DNA of 63,993 bases, the filler included, from Octopus bimaculoides (taxonomy: Eukaryota): NCBI RefSeq assembly GCF_001194135.2. It is 12 parts of 12 records of this genome, joined end to end, with 100 filler letters (N's around TTAATTAATTAA, not from the genome) between each part and the next. Parts side by side here need not be neighbours in the genome. Positions count along the whole stretch, not along the records: positions 54,233 to 57,900 come from NC_068992.1; positions 58,001 to 59,630 come from NW_026335590.1; positions 59,731 to 61,422 come from NW_026402040.1; positions 61,523 to 63,993 come from NW_026416693.1; 8 more parts are not named here. One strand, 5' to 3'. Of the stretch, positions 54,133 through 63,993 are shown piece after piece. The notes below the pieces were generated by a model. The model did no database searches. It saw only the letters and a program-made list of their open reading frames with translations, and was not told the DNA's origin. Every line of letters starts with the position of its first letter. Within the stretch, counting starts at the first letter, position 1. The position numbers and the translations under genes are program-made.

Positions 54133-54359
54133 NNNNNNNNNNNNNNNNNNNNNNNNNNNNNNNNNNNNNNNNNNNNTTAATTAATTAANNNNNNNNNNNN
54201 NNNNNNNNNNNNNNNNNNNNNNNNNNNNNNNNTGTTGCTGTTTTCTATTGAAAATTACAACAACATCAACTGCAGCATTTTGTGCAGCTGATTGCACGTG
54301 CAAGCAAGTACACAGAAACCCATGCTCACACACAAATACACACACACACACACACACAC

Positions 54360-54399
<40 letters not shown>

Positions 54400-55014
54400 C
54401 GCACTCACTCATTCACACACACATTCACTCATACACACACAAACCTGATAGCTTTCTGCATATTTTAGCTCTACCAATTTTACTCATTGATCAAGAAGCA
54501 TTGGTCAACTGGTCAGCCAGATGCTGGAAATAGAAGACATTTTGCCCAAGATGTCATGCAGTATGACTGAACATCTGGATGCAAAACAAACTTTTTAACC
54601 ATGCAGCCATTCTTGCTTGCATATATATCTTTACCTTATGAGGTCAAAATTTTCTAGGGTCAACTTTGCCTTTCATCATTGCAGGGCCAATGATATAATG
54701 CACCTGTTAAATACTGCGATCGATATAATCCCTCCATATCCTTTACCCAACAAGGTTTAGGTCTTGTGCCTATCTTAGAAACCAGTGCATCTATCCTCGT
54801 TTATCAAAGATCCATTCATCACTGAATTGAGATATTATGGTGCTCTCAATTGTGAACCCTGTTAGGCTTATGGGGTTAGCAATCAGTCAAAGATTCTGCT
54901 TGGACCACAAAAGCATGCCCTTGTGACCAGCCACTATGTTCAGCTACCCAGAATGCATTACTTATCACTCTTGTTTACATCACCATCCTGCAAGACTTCA
55001 TATTTTTTACCGTT

Positions 55015-55232
55015 GCCAGTACTGCCTGACTGGCCATTGTGCTGGTGGCACATAAAAGCAACCACTACACTCTCGGAGTGGTTGGTGTTAGGAAGGGCAT
55101 CCAGCTGTAGAAACTCTGCTAAAGGAGATTGGAGCCTGGTGTAGCCATCTGGTTCACCAGTCCTCGGTCAAATCGTCCAACCCATGCTAGCATGGAAAGC
55201 GGATGTTAAACGACGATGATGATGATGATGAT
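55015..55232 (+). mobile_element. RTE 3' tail copy (others at 25272-25387, 55487-55662 and 56948-57121)
   Basis: Conserved tail ending gttaaacga(t/c)gatgat. Confidence 0.9.
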
Positions 55233-55628
55233 GTACACTTATCCATCAAGATGCTTCTTTTTCCCATCTGTTCTTTTATTCCCTTATCATAGATTCATTC
55301 AACTTGGTGGTCCTTTGGGAACCAAACACCTACGGTAAACAAGGATAGATGTATTATCAAGCATAATTATTGTTTTCCTTTCTCAAGTTATCAGTTAACT
55401 GTGACACAAACTTGAGTTTGATGTTTGGTAAAACTGTTTTGCAGGAATCATTGATTGCATCTCTTGAGACAGATATATATATATATTCTCTGAGTGGTTG
55501 GCGTTAGGAAGGGCATCCAGCTGTAGAAACTCTGCCAAATCAGATTGGAGCCTGGTGTAGCCATCCGGTTGCACCAGTCCTCAGTCAAATCGTCCAACCC
55601 ATGCTAGCATGGAAAGCGGACATTAAAC

Positions 55629-55665
<37 letters not shown>

Positions 55666-55753
55666 CCTATTTTGCATTTATGCTCTCTCTTTTTCGTTTT
55701 TCTTTTTCCTCAATATAACTAATTCTAAAATGTTTTTTTTATTTCATTAACAG

Positions 55754-55841
55754 CGGTGAAAGTGGTGCTGGAAAGACAGTTGCTGCTAAACTTATCATGA
55801 ATTATATTGTCAAAGTGTCAGGAGGAAGTGAAGCTGTAGAG
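55754..55841 (+). CDS. MYO1E: Class I myosin (long-tailed MYO1E/F type) motor-domain P-loop exon: (S)[29 protein letters not shown]
   Basis: GESGAGKT P-loop followed by the MYO1E/F-typical VAAKxIMxYIxxVSGG; acceptor ttcattaacag, donor GAG|gtaagt; 88 nt, phase 2-0, matching the equivalent vertebrate exon as I recall it. Confidence 0.93.
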
Positions 55842-56089
55842 GTAAGTTTATAAGTTCAATTTCACCTGGCTTTGATTAAGTGTCATCATGGTCAAACATA
55901 CTTAACTCACTCTCTCTGATTCAGTTCATTTAACTATAAATAAGTTCTGTGTGGAAGTTGCTGTTGTTATGGTTGGTCATAAGCCCCAAACCAATCCTGA
56001 CTGAATAGTTCTTTGATTAAAGGCGATCCAGCCATGATCATCTTGCCTTTTATTCCGACAGTATATCCCTGAAAACAAAATATGTGAAG

Positions 56090-56470
56090 CCAGAAGAGAA
56101 TAGCTCAAGGCCAAATAGAGGTAGGAAGCGATGAAATCAAGGCGGTAAAGGAGTATGTTTACCTAGGGTTCACAATGAATATGTGCTGAGATATGGATAC
56201 TGTAATCTTAAAGAAAATAAGGGCAAGATGGATGGTATTTATTTCAATAAAAGATGTACTCTCAACAAAGCTAGACAATGCCATATGAGCCAGACTCTTC
56301 AATAGCACCGTCCTGCCTGTGCAAAGGAGACATCGGCTGCTATGAAGAGGATAGAAAAGTGATTGGTTACAGCACAAAGAACCATGGAAAGATCCATGCT
56401 AGGGATATTGGTTAGAATATACAGGAAACAGCATTGCTTGGAGCTGTATGAATCCTCTGCAGAGTTCTTG
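56090..56470 (+). mobile_element. Old RTE-type RT C-terminal fragment
   Basis: EIKAVKEYVYLG...KKIRARWMVF...ARLFNSTVLP. Confidence 0.7.
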
Positions 56471-57129
56471 AAATCTGAGTGAAAAATGTTACCTTAGTCC
56501 ATTGGTGGTGGATAGTCGACATCTTGTTACATTCTCCATCGAAGTTGGTGTCTTAAACAAGACAAATAATAATAATAAAAAAATACTGTATATAATGCTT
56601 AGGTGTATTCAACTCATTGGGAAAAAGTTTAGAGAGAGGACAGAAAGCAACAATAAGTTAAAGAAAGTATGACACCAAAGATAGCCAAAAGTAGATGCAT
56701 AGTATACAAGATAAAAACACAAGAAGACAGACAAGTGAAGAGTAAGAGAACCATAAAGAGGAAACGGTACATTAGCTTATCAGGATTAGTGTTGAGGAAT
56801 TTTGGAAAGCATGGAATTTTTAAAGGAGGCAGCGTTTTGATAGTTAACAATGGATGCAGGATAGTTTATGCCATGGTCTGACAATTCTGAGCATAAAAAT
56901 CTGCTTTTGAAAGTCAACAATGCTATATTGTCTTTTTTTTGGTTGGCCTACACTCTCTGAGTGGTTGGCATTAGGAAGGGCATCCAGCTGTAGAAACTCT
57001 GCCAAATCAAATTGGAGCCTGGTGTAGCCATCGGGTTTCACCAGTCCTCAGTCAAATTGTCCAACCCATGCTAGCATGGAAAGCGGACGTTAAACGATGA
57101 TGATGATGATGATGATGATGATAAGCATG

Positions 57130-57750
57130 TCCAAGAGTTGTAGAGGTGATGAATTCAAAATAGTGGTCAAAGTTATTGGAAAGATGGTGGGAAAATCGTG
57201 GCCTTCTAAGAAATCAGCTGCTTGACAATGAAGATTTAGTGTGTTTGATGCCCATTGAAAAAAGACATTCAAGATATGGTGACTGGTGGATGATATTTGT
57301 CTGGTTTCACATTTCTGGACAGCTTCCAGTAGATTGATATTCTAGACAAGATGGGGGTCCCAGACTGGAAATACAGACAGTAAATATGGAGGTGCCATAG
57401 CAATATATAACTTTAAATAGATAGCTGGTGAGTGGCTGACAAGGGTCTTACTGAGAGATACTAAGACACTTTGGCCCTTTTAAAAATTATAGAAATATCA
57501 TTCACAATGCAGATCATTGTTGACAATAACGTCTATACCACATTCACCAGCAGACGTCTTATGTTTGGTATTGTGAAGGACAGAGCGAAATTCTGAGATT
57601 TTCCTCCTTATATGTGTAGTGTTGTACTTGTCTGCAGCCTGGTTGGGTTGACATTTGGCAATCCATTTACTGCATTACGACAAGGTCAGATTGCAGGAAA
57701 GATCTATAGCAATATAGGATCCGGCATTCTTATCTCAAGGTTCAGCTTAA
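57130..57750 (-). mobile_element. Possible decayed LINE APE-domain remnant
   Basis: Weak similarity (SAGECGIDVIVNNDL) to the APE GVGILV motif. Confidence 0.35.
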
Positions 57751-58000
57751 TGTAGTTGGATGCATTGTGTGATGGAAATAAATATGGATGCCACTTGAGG
57801 TCTGCATAATTAGATAAGAACAACAACAACAATACAAACAACTATTCAGTAGCTACAACACCACAACTGCCACCACCACCACCACCACCACCACCACCAC
57901 NNNNNNNNNNNNNNNNNNNNNNNNNNNNNNNNNNNNNNNNNNNNTTAATTAATTAANNNNNNNNNNNNNNNNNNNNNNNNNNNNNNNNNNNNNNNNNNNN

Positions 58001-58279
58001 CAGGCCAACCAAAACCTTGTGAGTGGGTTTGGTAGGTGGAAACTGAAAGAAGCCTGTTGTATATGTGTGTGTGTGTATTTGTATTTCTTCTATTAGTCCC
58101 CCCACCATTGCTTGACAACTGATGTTGGTGTGTTTATGTCCCACATAATTTAGCAGTTTGGCAAAAAGAAATTAATGGAATAAGTACTAGGCTTACAGAG
58201 AATAAGTCTTGGGGACAATTTGTTCAACTAAAGGCTGTAATGCAGTATGGCCACAGTCAAATGACTGAAACAAATAAAA

Positions 58280-58280
<1 letters not shown>
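58001..58280 (+). mobile_element. tRNA-SINE 3' two-thirds
   Basis: Same family as 25845-26215. Confidence 0.8.
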
Positions 58281-58357
<77 letters not shown>

Positions 58358-58442
58358 GAAATTTACAGAAAAACAAAAGACAAAGACAGGTGTATAAACA
58401 ACAAACAGATGTATTAGTTTAATGCTCAGGAAGGTGAGAAAA

Positions 58443-58480
58443 TCTTTTACATTTTGAGCCTATACTTTTCAACAGAAAGA
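58443..58480 (-). pseudogene. Decayed minimal hammerhead motif
   Basis: Minus strand tcttt-CUGuUGA-aaagtataggctc-aAAA-ugUA-aaaga; stem I intact, core altered. Confidence 0.5.
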
Positions 58481-59941
58481 AACATAAGGAAATAAACAGA
58501 GAGAGAATAAGAAAAAGCAAAAAGTTCTAAATAGTTCAAAAAGTTCTAAATAGCTCAAAAAGTTCTAAATAGTTCAAAAAGTTCAAAAAGGTGCAAACGT
58601 CCTGGTGTATTGAAGCGATTTTTCATCAACGGAAGAATCCAGTGAAATCCATGAGTATATCCAGTAGTAATCCAGGTGGAATGCTGATGTGTAGATGAAG
58701 AGAAGTGCAGAAATTCCAGGTAGAAGTAAATCCAAAGTGTAGGAGGTTAAAGCAGGAAAAAACTGGTGCGACCATGTGAGTGTGCAATATATAGTTGAAA
58801 TACACACACACATATATTAATATAAATATAAGCATAAACAGTGCTATATATATTTATATATACAAATATATAGATATATAGATGAACATGACTATATTAT
58901 ATAAATATGTCCCACCCATGCCAGCATGGAAGGCGGATGACAACGACTTTCCATCAAAACTTTATGTTAATTTATGTACCAAACACCAGCTTAGTTATTA
59001 GTGAAGTTATTGTACTAAATACTTCAACATTTCAAAATTAACTAAAGCAAAAGTAATTTCAAGTAATTTAAACAAACCCATTATGGTTCATCAAGAAAAA
59101 AACATTAATATAGGTGCTGTACTTCCTCTTATAGTCCATACATTGTTACTGTGTTACACTCACTATTATAGTAACACAAATGAACAACATCTACTCTGTA
59201 TTCAGTTCTGTAATAACTCTAATACATAATTACTAAAATATTAATGTTATATTTATGATATTATATAATATATCATCGCTGTCGTCATTGTCATTTTAAT
59301 GTTCACTTCTCCATGTTTGGCATGAGTCAGACAGAGCTTATTGAGATAGATATTTTCTACAAATGGATGTCGTTTGTGTCACCAACGTTCACATGTTTCC
59401 AAGCAAGGTAATATTTTCCCATGGCTAAGATTACTGGAAATGAATGACACCGCTTGAATGACAGTGACAATCATTTACAACAGTCACAAGATGTCAAGAT
59501 AAAGAGACACAAATATACTCCTACATTCACACACACATATTTATATATATTCACATACATGTATATCTATATCTATATATGCAAACGCACTCACGCACAC
59601 ACACGAACAAACACATATACACATACACACNNNNNNNNNNNNNNNNNNNNNNNNNNNNNNNNNNNNNNNNNNNNTTAATTAATTAANNNNNNNNNNNNNN
59701 NNNNNNNNNNNNNNNNNNNNNNNNNNNNNNATACATACATACATACATACATACATACATACATACATACATACGACGGCTTCCCTCAGTTTCCTTAGTT
59801 TCTGTCTACCAAATTCACTCACATGGCATCGATCAGCCCAGGCCTATTGTAGAAAGTACAACGCAGACAGACAAAACTCGAAACTGCGTCATTGCAAAGT
59901 AAACTTCTTAACCACAGAGCCACACGTCCGTCTTCACACAT

Positions 59942-60294
59942 ATATATATGCATATATACGTACATATATGTACATACCTACATATATATGAATATAAACA
60001 TGCATATATGGGTACAGGACATCAAAAAAACGTAGACACAATGAGAAACGAAAACATAAAAACGAAAACAGAAAACGAACTTTTTTTTCAAACGACGTAA
60101 AAAACAGAACCGAGACGTTTGTTTGTTTGTTTTTTTTCGTTTATCGAAAAAAAGTTCGTTTTCTATGTTTTTGTTTTTATGGTTTCGTTTCTCATTGTGT
60201 CTACGTTTTTTTGATGTCCTGTACCCATATATGCATGTTTATATACATATATATGTAGGTATGTACATATATGTACGTATATATGCATATATTT
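59942..60294. repeat. Long inverted repeat (arms ~155 bp, ~40-nt spacer)
   Basis: gggtacaggacatcaaaaaaacgtagacacaatgagaaacgaaa vs tttcgtttctcattgtgtctacgttttttgatgtcctgtaccc, with mirrored microsatellite flanks. Confidence 0.95.
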
Positions 60295-60637
60295 ATATAT
60301 TATTATATGATTGAACGCCACGCATCCTTTTCCAAGTAAGTTTTATCTACACACACACACACATACACAAATAAATATATATATATATATATATATANNN
60401 NNNNNNNNNNNNNNNNNNNNNNNNNNNNNNNNNNNNNNNNNNNNNNNNNNNNNNNNNNNNNNNNNNNNNNNNNNNNNNNNNNNNNNNNNNNNNNNNNNNN
60501 NNNNNNNNNNNNNNNNNNNNNNNNNNNNNNNNNNNNNNNNNNNNNNNNNNNNNNNNNNNNNNNNNNNNNNNNNNNNNNNNNNNNNNNNNNNNNNNNNNNN
60601 NNNNNNNNNNNNNNNNNNNNNNNNNNNNNNNNNNNNN

Positions 60638-61422
60638 CGAAGAGGGACGGGATAAATTACGTGCATCAACTTACTATAAAAGCAGGTAATAATTTTACCT
60701 TGTCCTTATTCTTAGTGCAAGTTTTGTAGAGTGCAGTTCGATTTTAACAGTCATTTTTTTCAAAGCTATAATGGAAGTGACAAAGGAACACATTCGGCAT
60801 ATTTTGCTTTATGAGTTCAATAAAGGCAACAACGCAACGGAAAATGCGAGGAATATTATTGCAGTATGTGGGGATCAGACAATAAGTGTAAGCCAGTGTC
60901 AAAGGTAGTTCCAGAAATTCCGAGCCGGAAACTACAGCAGATAAACGGAGCCTCGTCCTGGAATATCTGTAGAGCTCGACGAGGACGTCCTGCAAACCCT
61001 GGTGGAACAAAATCTCATCGTAATCGTTGAAGAACTAGCAGAGAAGCGTGGATTTGGTCATTCAACCAGTCATTCATGTCAGCGCTAGAAGAAAAACGAC
61101 CACCTTTGGTTTCAAGACGAAAGGTGTTCTTCCATCTGGATAATGTTCGGCCACATACAGCGAGGATGACATTCCAAAGGCTGGAGCAGTTTGAATGGGA
61201 AACGATGCCCCACCCACCGCCGGACATTGCCCCACCTGATTATCATTTATTCCGCAGTTTTCAAAATTATTTGGACGGAAAAAATATGAATTCTGTAGAT
61301 GTGGTCAGAACAGTACTGAAGAAGTATTTTTCGTCACGGACAAGTGAATTTTGGAAGAAGGGCCTTGCAAGCCTACCAGATAGATGGGAGAACATTGTAG
61401 AAAATGAAGGAGAGTATATTTT
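60638..61422 (+). mobile_element. Mariner (Mos1/Hsmar-like DDD) transposon, internally deleted
   Basis: ATG 60771 MEVTKEHIRHILLYEFNKGNNATE...; jump at ~61075 to FHLDNVRPHTAR...PDIAPPDYHLFRS...LPDRWENIVENEGEYI; the first catalytic D region is missing. Confidence 0.93.
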
Positions 61423-61522
61423 NNNNNNNNNNNNNNNNNNNNNNNNNNNNNNNNNNNNNNNNNNNNTTAATTAATTAANNNNNNNNNNNNNNNNNNNNNN
61501 NNNNNNNNNNNNNNNNNNNNNN

Positions 61523-61635
61523 TACACACAGATAGAGAAATTAAGGCTAATAAGCCAGATATAGTTGTCAGAGATCGTGAAGAAAAAAATGCTTTCTAAT
61601 TGATGTATTAATATTAGCAGATGACAACGTTTCTC
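61523..61635 (+). mobile_element. R4/Dong-like restriction-like endonuclease fragment
   Basis: TDREIKANKPDIVVRDREEKKCFLIDV. Confidence 0.75.
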
Positions 61636-62204
61636 TACAGTAACCATAAGAGCATGACAGCAAACCAAAGCACATACTCAAGGCACACAGAGCTGCGCTC
61701 GGTAGTGAAGTGAAAGCAGGCTATAAAAATAAAACTACNNNNNNNNNNNNNNNNNNNNNNNNNNNNNNNNNNNNNNNNNNNNNNNNNNNNNNNNNNNNNN
61801 NNNNNNNNNNNNNNNNNNNNNNNNNNNNNNNNNNNNNNNNNNNNNNNNNNNNNNNNNNNNNNNNNNNNNNNNNNNNNNNNNNNNNNNNNNNNNNNNNNNN
61901 NNNNNNNNNNNNNNNNNNNNNNNNNNNNNNNNNNNNNNNNNNNNNNNNNNNNNNNNNNNNNNNNNNNNNNNNNNNNNNNNNNNNNNNNNNNNNNNNNNNN
62001 NNNNNNNNNNNNNNNNNNNNNNNNNNNNNNNNNNNNNNNNNNNNNNNNNNNNNNNNNNNNNNNNNNNNNNNNNNNNNNNNNNNNNNNNNNNNNNNNNNNN
62101 NNNNNNNNNNNNNNNNNNNNNNNNNNNNNNNNNNNNNNNNNNNNNNNNNNNNNNNNNNNNNNNNNNNNNNNNNNNNNNNNNNNNNNNNNNNNNNNNNNNN
62201 NNNN

Positions 62205-62236
<32 letters not shown>

Positions 62237-62951
62237 TAATAATGATAATAATCGGAGTGTCTAATCTGTGCTACCCACGAGAAAGCACTAAGAACGAATT
62301 ACATCAAATACAGAATAGACAACNNNNNNNNNNNNNNNNNNNNNNNNNNNNNNNNNNNNNNNNNNNNNNNNNNNNNNNNNNNNNNNNNNNNNNNNNNNNN
62401 NNNNNNNNNNNNNNNNNNNNNNNNNNNNNNNNNNNNNNNNNNNNNNNNNNNNNNNNNNNNNNNNNNNNNNNNNNNNNNNNNNNNNNNNNATAATGATAAT
62501 AATAATAATAATAACAACAACAATAATAATAATAACCTTAACCATAACCAGTTGAGCAGGTCCCTTCGTGGCTGACAATATGTGCATCTCTGATCACGAG
62601 CAGAAGTGGGGGAGCATCATAGCTATGTGCTAAGAGGAATTCTTTGGGGGTTTAAATACTTCACCTCTGGAAACATGGGTGCTTCGTTTAACATTCTTAA
62701 ACAAACCTTATTCATTGACCTTTTAAGCGGGATGCGCTATTCGACCTGAAGAAAATTCTAAGGAGGCCCCACCTGAGAGGTCAAGCGCAGTTTATCTTGA
62801 TATGAAATTAGTATGTCGCGCACACATGGTTGTGATGCATGTGCCTAGTGTACCCTTATCAGNNNNNNNNNNNNNNNNNNNNNNNNNNNNNNNNNNNNNN
62901 NNNNNNNNNNNNNNNNNNNNNNNNNNNNNNNNNNNNNNNNNNNNNNNNNNN

Positions 62952-62990
<39 letters not shown>

Positions 62991-62994
62991 GGGG

Positions 62995-63900
62995 AGTATT
63001 GAAAGCAGAGAAAAAAGGAAAAAACGTACGAAGAAGTACAAAAAGGACACGAGGAAGAATTACGCAACAAGGGACTACACAATCAATTCCATGTAGTCAC
63101 AACAGAAGTTGCTATAAAGAATAGGTAGGATTGGCTGAAGAAAGGAACATTAATAGAAGAGACCGAGAGCACTATACTGGCAGCGCAAGACCAAGCTATG
63201 ACTACGAACTGAAGGGTTAACCTTTGGAATGAGTAAGTGTCTCCTCCCCTGTGTCGTATCTGTAATAGAGTGGATGAAACCATTGCCCATATCACAAACG
63301 AATGCCCTAGTCTTGCCCAAAATAACTACAAGTTATGGCGACATGATTAGGTAGCGAAAGTGCTACATTGGAAAGTGCTACATGAGCACAAACTGCAGAG
63401 ATTAGCGGAGTCAGAGACTAGCAAAATCCCCTGTGATTTCTCAATCCAAACAAGTATTGGTAGTAAAGCATATAAATATATTTCAAAATGTAACCACAGC
63501 TGCTAGTGCATAACAGACCGGACTTAGTGGTGGTCGACAAGATGCACCACATGTGCTATATAGTTGATGTTGCATGCCACTTTGACCCACGAGTAGTGAA
63601 GAAGGAAGGCGAAACAATAAATACAACCCTCTTAAGTAGGAAATAGTCCGGCTATAGAAAATAAAGAAAGTGAAGATTGTGCCAATTATTGTTGGGTCCT
63701 TGGGGACAGTAGCAGAAGGCATCAAGAGGAATATAAAGGAAATTGGAATAAAGCGTCCAGTAGAACTTTGCACGGTCAGAATAACCAGGAAAGTATTAGA
63801 TAGCTGAAAAGAACAGATAGCANNNNNNNNNNGAATAACCAGGAAAGTATTAGATAGCTGAAAAGAACAGATAGCATGGTACTGTAGGTTACAGGTAACA
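62995..63900 (+). mobile_element. R4/Dong-like non-LTR C-terminus (CCHC knuckle + REL endonuclease), decayed
   Basis: ETESTILAAQDQA, CRICNRVDETIAHITNEC, RHD*VAKVLHW, RPDLVVVDK...IVDVAC, KIVPIIVGSLG. Confidence 0.88.
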
Positions 63901-63953
63901 CATTACGACGTATGAAAAACTCCAGGAGTTCCAACAAAACCCATGAAAAAAGA

Positions 63954-63993
<40 letters not shown>

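Noticed and set aside
63780-63875. Tandem duplication across a short gap (also ~9400-9475)
   Set aside because: Identical sequence on both sides of a 10-N gap indicates an unmerged contig overlap

Overview
Repeat-dense, AT-rich metazoan DNA, very probably octopus. The basis is recognition of the tRNA-SINE families, RTE (GAT)n tails and microsatellite load. The draft assembly has many N gaps, 11 of which are 100-bp joins carrying an artificial TTAATTAATTAA linker, so adjacency across those joins is not guaranteed. The only confidently identified host gene piece is one 88-nt P-loop exon of a long-tailed class I myosin (MYO1E/F type, 55754-55841). There are also candidate exons of unrecognised genes at 5.4-7.9 kb (-) and 32.4 kb (+). 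Most of the window is decayed transposons: CR1-like, RTE, Penelope-like, R4/Dong-like, Tc1, mariner, MITEs and SINEs. There are two satellites with higher-order structure (22 bp and 30 bp units). The most notable structures are: an apparently intact minimal type I hammerhead ribozyme motif (4589-4634) and a CpG-decayed one (58443-58480); a ~4.6-kb ACGT/ACGA-rich foldback centred on a unique spacer (49.5-54.1 kb); three long near-perfect hairpins; and a PHD-like Cys finger inside RTE reverse transcriptase. I found no CRISPR array or prokaryote-type system.
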